A stretch of 63,933 nt of DNA, taken from the NCBI GenBank assembly GCA_030264375.1, contig JASCQW010000061.1, positions 53,112,888 to 53,176,820 of the forward strand. The letters are read 5' to 3'. Source of the DNA: Carcharhinus longimanus. Taxonomy: Eukaryota. Under the pieces are notes generated by a model. It saw only the letters and a program-made list of their open reading frames with translations. It searched no databases and had not been told where the DNA came from. The position numbers and the translations under genes are program-made. Below, piece after piece: positions 37,716 to 50,759 of this stretch. Each line of letters starts with the position of its first letter. The stretch's first letter is position 1.

Positions 37716-39012
37716 TGCAGCACAGAAAAGGCCCTTCGGAACATTGTATATATGTTGATCGAAGACAAACCACCCATCTATCCTAATCCCATTTCCAGCA
37801 CTTGGAATCGCAAGTGCACTGTTACGAAAGCCTTTGCCCCCACCACTCTTCCAGGCAGTGAATTACGGACTCCCAACACCCCCTTAGTGAAAAAGGTTTT
37901 CCTCACATCCCCTCTAAACCTCCTGCTCCTTACCTTGAATCTATGCCCCCTGGTCATTGATCCTTCCACCAAGGGAAAAAGTTTCTTCCAGTTAACTCTA
38001 TCAATGCCCCTCATAGTTTTATACATTTCAATCATGTCCCTCCCAGTCTCTTAGAGTCATAGAGGTTTACAGCATGGAAGCAGGCCCTTTGGCCCAACTT
38101 GTCCATGCCACCCTTTTTTTAAACCCCTAAGCTAATCCCAATGGCCCAGATCCCTCTATACCCATCTTATCCATGTAACAATCTAAATGCTTTTTGAAAG
38201 ACAAAATTGTACCCAGCTCCACTACTACCTCTGGCAGCTTGTTACAGATACTCACTACCCTCTGTGTGAAAAAAATTGTCCCTCTGGACACTTTTGCATC
38301 TCACACCTTAAACCTATGCCCTCTAGTTTTAGATTCCCCTACCTTTGGGAAAAGGTATTGACTATCTACCTTATCTATGCCCCTCATTATGTTATAGACC
38401 TCTATAAGGTCACCCCTCAGCCTCCTACACTTCAGAGAAAAAAGTCCCAGTCTATCCAGCCTCTCCTTCAAACCATCCTAATTCAAACCATCAATCCCAG
38501 TAGCATCCTAGTAAATCTTTTCTGCACTCTTTCTTGTTTAATAATATACTTTCTATAATAGGGTGACCAGAACTGCACACAGTATTCCAAGTGTGGTCTT
38601 ACCAATGTCTTGTACAACTTCAACAACACGTCCCAACTCCTATATTCAATGTTTTGACTGATGAAACCAAGTATGCCTATTGCCTTCTTCACCACTGTGT
38701 CTACCTGTGACTTCACTTTCAAGGAGTTATGAACATGTACTCCTAGATCGCTTTGTTCTGTAACTCTCCTCAACGCCCTACCATTAGCTGAGTAAGTCCT
38801 GCCCTGGTTTAATCTACCAAAATGCATCACCTCAAATTTATCAAAATTAAAATCCCACCTGCCATTTGTCAGCCCACTGGCCCAATTGATCAAAATCCCT
38901 TTGCAATTGGAGATAACTTTCTTCACTGTCCACTATGCCACCAATTGGTGTCATCTGCAAACTTACTAACCATGCCTCCGATATTCTCATCTAAATCATT
39001 AATATAAATGAC
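37716..39012 (-). mobile_element. Two adjacent CR1 3' fragments (37716-38050 and 38053-39012)
   Basis: ORF 37778..38035 (TRGHRFKV) and ORF 38483..38926 (LYKTLVRPHLEYCVQFWSP); tail agagtcatagag. Confidence 0.9.
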
Positions 39013-39014
39013 CG

Positions 39015-40460
39015 TAGATAGTCAGTAGAGATGCAGTGGTGATACTTGAGGAGATATTTCATAGCACTAGTAAAAATAAAGTAAGAAAGACTAGCGAAAA
39101 GTTGTACCGTGATAGATAACAAAGGAAGGAAAAGATAGTATTAAATTGAAAGAGAAAACATCTAATTCTGCGAAGATTAGTGGAAAGAAGATTGGACAAA
39201 ATATAAAGAGGAAAAAATGACTGAAAGACGAATAAGGAAAAATTAGAGTAATGATAGAAAGCTAGCTAGAAATTTAAAAACCAATAGTAAGAGTTTCTAC
39301 AGAAAAATAGTAAGTACACTGAGCATTGGTTCTCTAGAGAGTGAGTCAGGGAATTAAGAATGGAAAATAAGGAAATGGTGGATAAAATTAATGGATATTT
39401 TGCATTTGCCTTCACAGCAAATACAATTAATATGTCAAAAATAATTTGTGGTATCACAATAATTTGTGGAATCAAGTGGTAGAAAGAATGGAGCAACTTA
39501 AAAATAATTATAATCACCAGAAAAAAGATACTGAGAAAACTATTAAACTAGAAGTTGACAAGACCTCAGATACTGATGGATTTTCATCTTTTGGTCTTAA
39601 AAGTGGCTGTTGAGATAGTGGATGTATTGGTTTTGATTTTCCAAATTCCCTCGATTCTGGAAAGGTCCCATCAGATCCCATTGGAAAATAATGAATGTAA
39701 CTCCTCTTTTCAAGAATGGAGGGAGACAAAAAGCAGGAAACCGCAGACTATTTAGCCTAACATTTGTAATATGGAAATTGCTAGAATCCATTATTTTGAA
39801 GTTATAGCAGGCTACTTAGAAAATCATAATTTATTCAGGCACAGACAGCATAGTTTGTATCTAACTAATTAAAGGATTTGGAGAGCAAGCAAGTTGGATA
39901 AAGGGGACCCTGTAGATGTGGTGTACTTGAACATGCAGAAGGCATTTGACAGAGTGCAATATCAAAGATTACAACACAAGATTATATTGTGTAAGGGGTA
40001 GTGTAATATCATGGATTGGTTAGCTAACAGGAAGCAGAGAATAAAGATAAATGGGTCTTTTTCCAGTTGGTAACCTGTAACTAGTGGACTTGTTGGACTT
40101 TAACCTGATGTTGTGAGTCTTCTTACTAGTGGAGTACCACAGGCATTAGTGCTGGGGCTTAACTATTTACAATCTACATCAATGATTTGGATGAAGTGAC
40201 AATGTGTGGAAGCTAAATTTGCCAATGACACCAAGATAGGTAAGCAATTAAGATGGAAAGAAGAGGTAGAGAGTCTGCAAGGAAATAGAGATAAGTTGTG
40301 AATGGACAAAAATTCAGCAGATGGAGTATGATGTGGTATAATGTAAACTTGTCCACTTTGACTGGAAAAATAGTATTCTATTTAACTAGGAGAGAGATTG
40401 AAGAACTCAGTGGTACAGAGGAATCTAGATATCCTGGTACATGAATCTCAAAACATTGGT
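39015..40460 (+). mobile_element. Degraded CR1 ORF2 fragment
   Basis: Decayed LFKxGxRQKAGN, YLxMQKAFD, GVPQxLVLG and KFANDTK motifs. Confidence 0.8.
40089..40128 (+). mobile_element. Tiny 5'-truncated Penelope-like insertion
   Basis: ttgttggactttaacctgatgttgtgagtcttctt, flanked by duplicated actagtgga inside the CR1 VTSGVPQG codons. Confidence 0.7.
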
Positions 40461-40464
40461 CTTC

Positions 40465-41205
40465 AACTACAAGCAAAACAACCCCTGTCTATCCAATCTC
40501 TTTTCATAACTAAAACTCTCCAGACTAGGCAACATTCTGATAAATCTCCTTTGCACTCTTTACAGTGCAATCACATCACTCCTACAATGTGGATTCCAGA
40601 TCTGCATACAATGGTCTGGCTGTGGCCTAACCAGCTTTTAATATGATTCCAGCATAACCTCCCTCTTTTTAAACCCTGTGCCTCGGTTAATAAAGGCAAG
40701 TATACCATATGCCTTCTTAACCACTTTATCCACCTGTCCTACTATCTTAAAGGACCGGTGCATATGTACACCCAGGTCTCTTTGATTCTTGATGCTTCTC
40801 AGGTCCTGCCTTTCATTATATATTCCCTTGCCTTGTTTGTCCTGCCCATGTGCATCACCTCACACTTATCCAGATTGTATTCCATTTGCCACTGATCAGC
40901 CCATCTATATCATCCTTGCTCTTTAAAACCCCACCAATTTTCATATCATCTACGAACTTACTGATCACCCTCTTGCATTCAGGTCTAACCAATTATATAA
41001 ACCACAAACATCAAGGGTCCAACACTGATCCCTATGGGACTCCACTGGACACAATCTTCCAGTCTGAAAATCACCCCACGACCATCACCCTCTGCTTCTT
41101 GCCACAGCCAATTCTAGATCCAATTTGCCACATTTCCTTGGATCCCATGCCTCTTAACTTTGCTATCAGTCTCCCATGTGTAACCTTAGCAAAAGCCTCG
41201 CTGAA
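40465..41205 (-). mobile_element. CR1 RT fragment
   Basis: Minus-strand SGVPxGSVL, KFVDDMKIG and CxxxWNP motifs. Confidence 0.8.
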
Positions 41206-41206
41206 A

Positions 41207-41415
41207 CAGCGGCACGGTGACACAGTGGTTAGCGCTACGGCCTCACAGCGCCAGGGACCCGGTTTGATTCCTGGCTTGAGTCACTGTCTGTGCAGAGCCT
41301 GCACATTCTCCCTGTGTCTGTGTTGATTTCCTCTTGGTGCTCCCGTTTTCCTCCCACAGGTGTGCTGGTTAGGTGCGTTGGCCATGTTAAATTCTCCCTC
41401 AGTTTACCTGAACGG
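41207..41415 (+). mobile_element. V-SINE head and core with alternative tail start
   Basis: cggcacggtgacacagtggttagc...ttcctcccaca...aaattctccctcagtttacctgaac. Confidence 0.85.
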
Positions 41416-41734
41416 TACACTGAGGAACATATGTTGAAATAAAAGATTTGAAAAATGTATGTTACGCAAATATTTAGGCAAGCAATGATCCAAATGAATG
41501 TGTCAACATACAGTATTTGTGAGCAGCATAGTTGGAAAAGTTACCATAGGACCAAACAATAGTCCAAGCACAAATTGCACTCAACATTGAGTTCATTGGG
41601 GTAAATTCTTTTCCACTTGGGGTGTGTTCTGTTCCATTAAAATATGTTCCTTGATATGTCTAAGCATACTAACTAGCTGCAGTTCGTTAATTCAGCTGAG
41701 AAATGTATTTTCATAAAAATATATTTTTAATTAG

Positions 41735-42220
41735 TGTCTTATTCCTTATTTAAGGAAGAATGTAAATGCAGTTGAAGCAGTTCAGGGAAGGTTCACTTAA
41801 TTAATATCGGGCATGGGCAGGTTATCTCATGAAAAAAGACTGGACAGGCTAGGCTTGTATTATTGGAGTTTGGAAGAGTAAGAGGCGTCTTGACTGGAAC
41901 ACATAAGATCCTGAGGCATCTTGACAGGGTGGATGTGCAGAAGATGTTTCTCCTGTGGCGCATCTAGAACTAAGTCGCTGTTTAAAAAGCAAGGGGCCAC
42001 CCAATTAAGACAGAGATGAAAGAATTGTTTTTCTGTCAGGGTAATGAGTCTTTGTAACACCCTTGCTTGAAAAGCAGTGGAAGCAGGATCATTGAGTGTT
42101 TTCAAGGTAGAGGTAGATAGATTCTTTATAAACAACAGGGGGCTGAAAGGTTACCGGGGTAGATAGGTGGTTACAGCCAGATCAGTAGAGCAGGCTTAAA
42201 GGGCCAAGTGGCCCTTTTCA
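41735..42220 (+). mobile_element. CR1 3' fragment
   Basis: EAVQGRFT-like and LEFGRVRG-like segments with a decayed UTR. Confidence 0.8.
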
Positions 42221-42259
42221 CTTTTACTTTTAAAAACTATATACAACCATTCATTAGTT

Positions 42260-43332
42260 ACAAAAACAGAAAATGCTGGAGGTCTGGCAGCATCTGTGGA
42301 GAGAACACAACACCGTCTGGATGACTCTTCATCAGAGCTGAAGACAACAGAAAATAGGATAAGATTTATCCTGTTGTGGTGACGAGACTGTGGAGACTGG
42401 ATAGATGGCCAGAAGCTGGTGGAGATGGGAGAGATTGACAAAAATGTCACAGACAAAAAGACAAAGGGAATGTAAATGCTGGTGATCATGGCTAAGAAGT
42501 GTGCTGATAGTGGAATATTAAGAGATAGAATGTGTCAGTGGCGGAACAAAGATAAACAGTGTGACAAAAGACAACCTGAAACAGGGAACAGATGGTCCTC
42601 GTGGGGTGGGGGAGGGAAAACAGTGGTAAGGGAATAAAAATGGAAATCATTAAAAAATTGAAAAATAAAACACTGAGAGAAATGAAAATAAATTTATCAA
42701 TTAAATAAATTGATGGAAGTGGGGTGAAGAGAGGGGAGAGTTCATGGCCTAAAGTTGTTGTACTCATTGTTAAGTCCAGAAAGCTGTAAAGAGTCTAATT
42801 GGAAGGTCAGGTGCTGTTCCTCCAATTTGCATTTGGGTTCACTGGAGCACCAGTGAAGGACGAGCATGTGGACGTGAGAGCAGAATGTTGTGTTAGAATG
42901 GTAAGCGACAAGAAGGCCTGGGTCATGCCTGTGAATGGATCAAGGGTGTTCTGCAAATCGGTAACCTAGTTTGCATTTGGTCTCTCCGGTGTAGAGTAGA
43001 CCACATTGGAAGCANNNNNNNNNNNNNNNNNNNNNNNNNNNNNNNNNNNNNNNNNNNNNNNNNNNNNNNNNNNNNNNNNNNNNNNNNNNNNNNNNNNNNN
43101 NNNNNNNNNNNNNNNNNNNNNNNNNNNNNNNNNNNNNNNNNNNNNNNNNNNNNNNNNNNNNNNNNNNNNNNNNNNNNNNNNTCTTATTGAATGGCGGGGC
43201 AGGCTCGAAGGGCTAGATGGCCTACTCCTGCTCCTATTTCTTATGTTCTTATGTCAGTCCTGCTGAGATTTTGTAGCATTTTCTATTTTTGTTTCATATT
43301 CCAGCATCTTCAGTATTTTGCTTTTACCTTAG
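42260..43332 (-). mobile_element. Penelope-like element with GIY-YIG remnant and inverted termini, interrupted by a young CR1
   Basis: Minus strand 42900-43014 reads CFQCGLLYTGETKCKLGYRFAEH. Inverted arms at both ends; TSD tcattagtt (42251-59, 43333-41); CR1 tail at 43182-43252. Confidence 0.85.
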
Positions 43333-44388
43333 TCATTAGTTGCATTGGTCTAAAGTAGTCAGTTCTTTAGTAAATAGAAAAAATACATGACAGTTTTTAA
43401 TGCATGCCTATCAATACTCTTGTGTGTTTAAAGAAAAATTAATTTTAAGAACTCTTTGGTTGCAATAAGCAAAATCTTGCAATGGTGTTTAATTTGATAT
43501 AGGAGTGTTTTCAGGGTGATAATTTTAAACTAACACAAAAGACTGCAAAAATGTGTTTGTCCCAATTGTGATTTGCTTTGAAAACTCTGCCTTCTTTTGC
43601 ATTGGTTAAACCAAATTGCACTGAAAAAAGCACAACCTAGTGGAAACTCCTGCCACATTTTATTGGTCAAACAAGGCCAATGATTGACATTAATGATGGA
43701 TACATTAATGCATTTGTAAATTAGACCAGTTGGAGTGATGGGCATTCCCTCTCCCTGAAAAATACTGCAATTCTACGGTGCCATTAAATACCTTTTAAGG
43801 CAATATGGTTAAAATATGCAAAGAATGAACGTACTTACCTTGGAATTCTTGCACGGCCCAGCAATTTTCTTTTTCATCCAGGTTGCTGTGTCAGTACTCT
43901 TGACTGGAGAGTACCAATTGTTCTAATCACTCCTCGCAGTACGATCCCCTGCAATAACAGCTCAAAAGCATCATGCAGTTCTGCTTTTGTGCCTTGCTTT
44001 TGTCAATCTGTAACTTCAGAGACATTTCCCTGCTAAGCATGGCCTGGAGCATTTTAATAGCAATTACCACTGGATAATGTGCCTCTGCATGCTCCCTGCA
44101 TATCGATAGCACCATGTTTCTATAATAATACCCTGGCCTCACCTTCTTTTGTAAGGTCAGTTCATAGGCATGTACGATGCCTAAGGAGCAATACCACACT
44201 ACATTGGAATCACATTTTCAGCCTCATCACACCATTTAATTTAAACAAATTTAAACAATATGGAAGTGAATTGATAAATGTGAAAGAAAATGCTAACGGA
44301 CTCAAAAATCCTCAAACCTAATGTGTCATCTTAAATGTTGCTGACCTCTACAACATTCCTGCTGGAGTATTTGGGATCCAGGTGGCGT

Positions 44389-44672
44389 CATAAGAACATA
44401 AGAACATAAGAAATAGGGCAGGAGTAGGCCATCTAGCCCTTCGAGCCTGCCCCGCCATTCAATAAGACCATGGCTGATCTGAAGTGGCTCAGTTNNNNNN
44501 NNNNNNNNNNNNNNNNNNNNNNNNNNNNNNNNNNNNNNNNNNNNNNNNNNNNNNNNNNNNNNNNNNNNNNNNNNNNNNNNNNNNNNNNNNNNNNCTTGCG
44601 TAAGTGCGGCGACCAAAACTGCACACAGTACTCCAGCTGCAGCCTCACCAGTGCCCTGTACAGTTGCAGCAT
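44389..44672 (-). mobile_element. Young CR1 3' end spanning a gap
   Basis: MLQLYRALVRLQLEYCVQFWSPHLRK; (cataagaa)n tail. Confidence 0.9.
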
Positions 44673-45599
44673 CTACTTTAAATATTTACAATAGGCACTC
44701 TTGTTATTGGTGGGCCTTAGGTACCCACCAAGGAAAATCAGGAATGTGGAAATATCTTCTCCAAAAGAAAGAGCAACAGTGCTGATTCGTTCCTTTTGTA
44801 AGGTATTAAATAATGGATATTAATTCCAGCATCTTCTGAGGCAATATACCCCTGATTCCCAGACTCGCAAAACTGGAGACCGTGATGGTTTTCAGTTCCA
44901 TCCCTACACATGTTTTAATCCTAGTTTCTTTCTCACCTCCAGATCACTGCCTGAAAAGAAGGCAGAAGCTTGGAAAATCCAGTAGGGAAGTGCTTCTGTG
45001 CTCTCATGATCTTGTTGTTTCATAGCCTTTATCCAGAGAAGATGAGACATTTGCTATCTTTAGGACAAGCTCAGACTATTCATAGCTCCACTTCTATGTG
45101 GAGACTTGGCATTTTAATATCCCACCTGTATTTCCACACTATCAAGTATCTTGCATTTGCTTCCCTAATTCCACTGTTATACCTCAAGTACACAAGTATA
45201 TTTGAGAAGATTTATTTTATATAATTTTAGCAAATGTTTAAATCACTGTTTTTAAGATTTAGAGTTTTATTATTTTTTCACTTTATTGAGTTTTTCCTAT
45301 TAATTTTTTGGTTTTGAAACACTGCAGTAGCACATGTCCTATCTGCCTTGCTATAGTTATGTCTCTGTCATGAGGCAATCTCTTTGTAGGCTGCCATTTT
45401 AGATCAATAAGCAAAGGCACTAAGAAGCACTGCTTTCTTTGAATTCAAAACATGGAGTGGAATTAAGATTTTTAAATCCCAGAAAATGCTGCAGAGAAGC
45501 CACAGCTCAGAAAGGCACAAAGAAATGTTCAAATCTACCAAATTCTGGTGAAAAAAACAAGAAAAAGTGAACGCAAACCAAAGACTTCAAGTGAAATAC

Positions 45600-48500
45600 T
45601 GGGTGAATTAACATCATTGTGAACCTTCCACCCCCAAAACCTGTTAAAATGAAAAGTGATGTGTGGCAGAACTGGCAGATTTTTCACTTGCAACAGCAAA
45701 GTTATGAGGTAGCATCACATTTAATTAACAAGCTAGAAGAGATACAAATAGCCACACTTCTAACACTGCTGGGAAGAGGACTCTACAAATTGTATTCCAC
45801 CCTAAATCTATTGGACAACCAAAGGAAATGAACGACAGGGATGTTGAAAACCTTGCATGCATATTTTGAACCTCATGTTATTTATGAAAGATATGTATTC
45901 AACACTAGAGCTCCAAATGCAAACCAGCCCATCGAACAATATGTGAGTGCAGTAACACAGCTTGCAGAATCATGTGAATTCGGACAGCTGAACAATGACC
46001 TGACTAAAGATCCAATCTCCTTAAACCTACAAGACCTCAGGAAAGTAATAGACATGTTTCAAAATGCAGAGGTTGCAAATGTCAATTAGAGCAAATGTAT
46101 GGCAGAGCAAACCATTATACTGAGAAACATTGCAAGCTGTAAAAGCGCAGTTGTTGCAAACAAAGGGCAAGATGCAAGTACTGCAGAAGATATAATACAA
46201 AGGAAAAATGGAATTTCCCGTTGTAGAGAAAACAGTATTTTAATTACAAGAAGTCGAATCGTTTCATATACAAGTGTTTGCTAGAAAAGTGCAAACAAAC
46301 AATTACAGATGGCCACAAAAGAGTCTGATGAAGCACTAAGCATGATACAACAAGTTGGTTCAATCAAGTCTACAGATAATAAATGGTTTGGGAATGTTAA
46401 AATGATGAGCGCAGAGGGAGAGAATCATGCAAACAAGAAGTGTCAAATAGACATACGTATATCGTGCAACATAATAACAGATCTGTGCAAAGTGACTCAA
46501 CATGGCAATCCAAAAATGAACCCCTCGAAAGTAAAGTTGAAGCTATATGATTCAATACAATTCAATACAATAATATATGACACAATACTCTAACCAAGAG
46601 TTCAAATTAGTCTGAGAGCCCAATACAATGGCTAGAAGAGAGATCTAGAGTTCCAGATCATAGATGGGGTACAACAGCCACTTATCTCTGCTGAAGCAAG
46701 TCTAAAGCTTGAACTGGCAACCCTGAACATGCAAACGGCGATTCACAATGTGTCACAGCACACAAAACCATTGAGTGCCAAGATGTGTTGGGATGTCTAC
46801 CAGGAGAATAGCATCTAGATGTAGATGAAAATGTAAGATCCATTCAGCATCTGTCGAGAAAAGTAACAGCTGCCTTCAAGTCAATCCCAAAGGATAAGAG
46901 AGAAGAGCTGGAAAAGAAGGGAGTAATCAAGGAAGCGACAACTGCTGCAGACTGGATTAGCATCATGGTAGCAGTGAAACGACCTGGAAAACTGTGAGCA
47001 TGCTTAGACCCAAAGAATCTAAACAAAACGCTGAAGAGATCTTATTACCCCATGCCAACCATTGATGGAATATTTGCAATGCTCGCCAAGGCAAAGATCT
47101 TTACTATCCCAAATGCAAAGGATGGTAGCTGGCAAGTGAAGCTGGATGAAAGCAGCAGCGTTCTAACTACATTCTGGATACTGTTTGGGAGATATGTTGG
47201 TTGCACATGCCGTTTGGCATTTCCATGGCTCTAGANNNNNNNNNNGATAGTTGGTGACCTCCCCAGAATGGAAGTCAGAGTGGATGATCTGCTTTTCTAT
47301 GGATGTCGAGACACAATGCAACAAGTCATGGCTGACCATGATCAGAATTTAATATGGTTGCTAGCGAGACCTTACCAGATAAGCCTAAAGCTGAATAAGA
47401 AAAGATTGTAATTGAAAATGCCTGAAGTCAAGTACATAGGTCAGATCCTGACAAGGTGAAAGCTGTAACAGCAGACAACATATGCGAAAGCTGCACAATG
47501 ATTTGTTGGATTTGTGAACTTTTTAGCAAAATATTTGCTCGATTTGTGTGAACTCTTAAACAGGCCCACTGCCAAAGAGGTGCAGTGGTACTGGGGCACA
47601 GAACAAGAAGCAGAATTCACGAAAATCAAACAACTAGTGATGGCAGCAATGATGACGCCACCTTGCAGTCTGACACCAGTGAGACGGATCTTGGAGCAAC
47701 CCCGTTGCAGCAAGAACAACCAGTCACATTTACATCCAGGGCACTAACACAAACTGAATAGCACAATTGCTCAGATTGAGAAACAGTGCCTGGCTATTGT
47801 TTTTGCTTTTGAACATTTTCATCAGTACCTGCTTGGGAGAGACAAGGTAACAGTGGAATCCGATCACAAACCACTTCAAAGCATTTTTCTCAAACTGCTA
47901 CTTTCTGCTCAAAACCGTCTGCAAAGAATATAATTTTGTTTACAGAATATCATCTGGATGTCACATACAAGCAGGGGTAAACAGATGCAGATTGCAGACA
48001 TGCTGTCGAGAGCAATGCTCCCCCTGAGTACAGTTGCAGATGCTACAATCGAATGTGAAATCTTCCAGATTCATTGTGAAGCAGCAGCTCAATGTGATCT
48101 AGAAGTCATCAACCCAGCAAAGACATTGAATCTGATAGGAAGTGCATTGCTCAAATTCAACCAAATGCCCAACAAGATGCAACTCTCCAAGTGTGACAAG
48201 AAGTACTGATGAAAGGATGACCTGTGACCATCAGACACACACGTGGACACAACAGCATATTAAGTATACCAACACGAATTGACAGGCCAAGATTGCATCT
48301 TGTACAAAGCAAATAGAGTCATCATCCTGAAGGAGTTGAGAGGAGAAATGCTGAAGTGCATTCATGCAAATCTTTAAGAAATTGAATTGAGCAAAACATA
48401 AGCACATAGGCTAGTGCAATGTTTGTACTGAATACCAAACTAAACAAACTGGAGAACTTTTGATGACACACAAAATCCCAGACAGACCATGGATGAAGCT

Positions 48501-49060
48501 GGGAGTAGACCTTTTCACTCTCGCAGGAACTGTATCTGGTCACTGTAGACTACTATTCTGACAACTATGAGAATGACAACAGGAGAAATAGTAGAATGCC
48601 GATAAGCACACTTCAGTTGTTATGGCATTCCTGACATTGTCATGCGTGAGAATGGCTCTCAGTTCATGAGTGAAGAATTCAGCCATTTAACAAAGGATTG
48701 GGAAATTCAACGCTAAGCATCATTTCCACACTAATCCCAGTTGAATGGAAAGGCTGAAGCGGCAATAACAATTGCCGAAAGAATCTCAAAAAATTGAGCA
48801 AATCCAGCACAGACATGTGCAAGGCAACTCTCAAGTGGAGAGACAAGCTAATTTAAGGAATGGTAAGTGTTCCAATCCAAAGACGAATATCACACCTCAT
48901 CTAAACTACTTTTCAATAGTAAAAAAGACACAGAAACCAGAAATCGTAACAGGCATGGGTGAAAAAAAGGTGAAAAGTCAGAAAGCCAGATTTCATTTTG
49001 ACAAGACTGCCAAACCATTGCCAGAGCTGAGCATTGGAGAGCCAGTCAGAGTAAACTTGA
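45600..49060 (+). mobile_element. Decayed Gypsy gag-pol relic, 3' truncated
   Basis: gag (NLPPPKP...NWQIF; AYFEP..YERYVFN; LAESCEFG), RT (CLDPKNLN, PMPTID, WQVKLDE, TTFW, VDDLL), RNase H (AQIEKQCLAIVF, ESDHKPL, IADMLSRA) and integrase (PWMKLGVDLF, VDYYS, ENGSQF, NGKAE). Many stops and frameshifts. A possible 5' LTR remnant at ~45366-45452 is unconfirmed. Confidence 0.9.
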
Positions 49061-49808
49061 AACAGTTCATACTGCTACAATTGCTGTGTAACTACTTCAA
49101 CAAAAAGCACAAAGCCCCATTTGCAATTTCTCTACAATTCCTAATATTTTCCTCAGGACTGTAGAGAGAGCAAAGTTGAGAGGATCTTAAAAAGGAAATC
49201 CAGAATTAATGGCTTCCTGGATATTCTGCTAAAATAAAGAGGACATCTTTTATATTTTCTCAGTAAGTTTCCCTCCCGACAGGCAACGTGATTGAAGGAG
49301 TGGCCAGCTGCCTATTGGCTCCAAAAGCCTGCGGCACAGGGCAGGATCTGGAATAGAGAGGANNNNNNNNGGGGTTGCAAGAGCATGGAAATTACAGGAG
49401 AAGCAGAGACAGTGAAAGTCGAAGGGAGAAATTACAGGGGCAATGGATGTGGAGACTGAGGTCAGGTTTTGCAGACACAGGTTGAGGTACAATCATAGTC
49501 GATGGGAGATTGTGGAGGATGCCGAGACGGGGAGTAGGTGGGATTGGGGAGATTGACCCTATATGAGTTATTTAAACAAGTTTGTTGATTAAGCCCAGAG
49601 GAAATATTCCTACTCCTTCTGACTCATGAGCAATGCTACAACTGTACTTACCTTGTGGTTCTGGCCCTTCTCAACTCCTTTTACCTGGCAGCTGTCCTGT
49701 GTCCCAGGAAAACCTGCTGACATCAGTTAAAAATCAAACTCATTGCGCAGCCACCTGAGAGCAAATTGATCGCCTGCTCTCTGCTGGCTGCCAAACTGTT
49801 TAAAAAAA

Positions 49809-50032
49809 AAGAGAAAATGCTGGAAAATTTCAGCAGGTCTGGCAGCATCTATAAGGAGAGAAGGGAGCTGACGTTTCAAGTCTGGATAGCCCTTTATCAA
49901 AGCTTTGACGAAGTGCCATCGAAACGTCAGCTCTTTTCTTTCCTTACAGATGCTGGCAGACCTGCTTAGATTTTCCAGCATTTTCTCTTTTGGTTTCAGC
50001 TTCCAGCATCCACAGCAATTTGCTTTTATCCA
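49809..50032. mobile_element. Penelope-like inverted-repeat element with TSD
   Basis: Arms of ~90 bp around the palindrome tcaaagctttga; flanked by duplicated tgtttaaaaaaa. Confidence 0.85.
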
Positions 50033-50759
50033 GTGTTTAAAAAAACAAAAGTGGCCAAGATGGGGTCGGGTTTCGAATTTGTAACATGTTTATTTCTAAT
50101 TCTCATGAATTAAAATTACTCCCTGAACATCCCTGTTGTGAAACAAAAGCTATCGTGTCAGCACTTACAGTTTTATCACTGAGATTTTTTTATTATCCTT
50201 ATTCTATATTGGCCTCCAGCCTCCCCCAACCAGTGAGTCTCTGAGATCCATTTCCACACAGTCCTCTAATTAACAGCCTGCTGGAGAGCCGTTGAAATTA
50301 CCAAATTAGCTATGTTCAGCAATGCGTATTAAATTATACTTTTATGTGCTGCCAAGCAACATTTTAAGGCTCAGTAAGAAGCAGTGTTGTGTGCAGCGCA
50401 TGGCAAAATGCCAACCAGAATGTCCTTTTCATGCATTGACCATGATAGATAAAACTCTCCTGGAGATATTAGAAATACTGTATTTTATATATTGCAGCAG
50501 ACGTTTTCAGACCTCTGGCCATTTGCTCAAATAGTCTTCTGATTAAAAATAGAGTTCAGAGCTCTGTCCTTGATTACAATAGGAAACTAGGTCTTTTGTT
50601 CAGTAAGATGTACATCCATAACTTTGATTCAGTGATTCCATTACCAGATATACTTCCTGAATTGTAATTAGTTAAAAATGTAGAGCACTAATATCAAGCT
50701 ATTCCATCATTTTGGAAACATTAAGAATGGTCTCAAACACAGCCAGAACATACATTGTC

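Noticed and set aside
43860-43930. Strong-looking acceptor ttttctttttcatccag as a candidate next ASXL3 exon
   Set aside because: The downstream sequence does not resemble the expected DIETPGSILVNTNL peptide.
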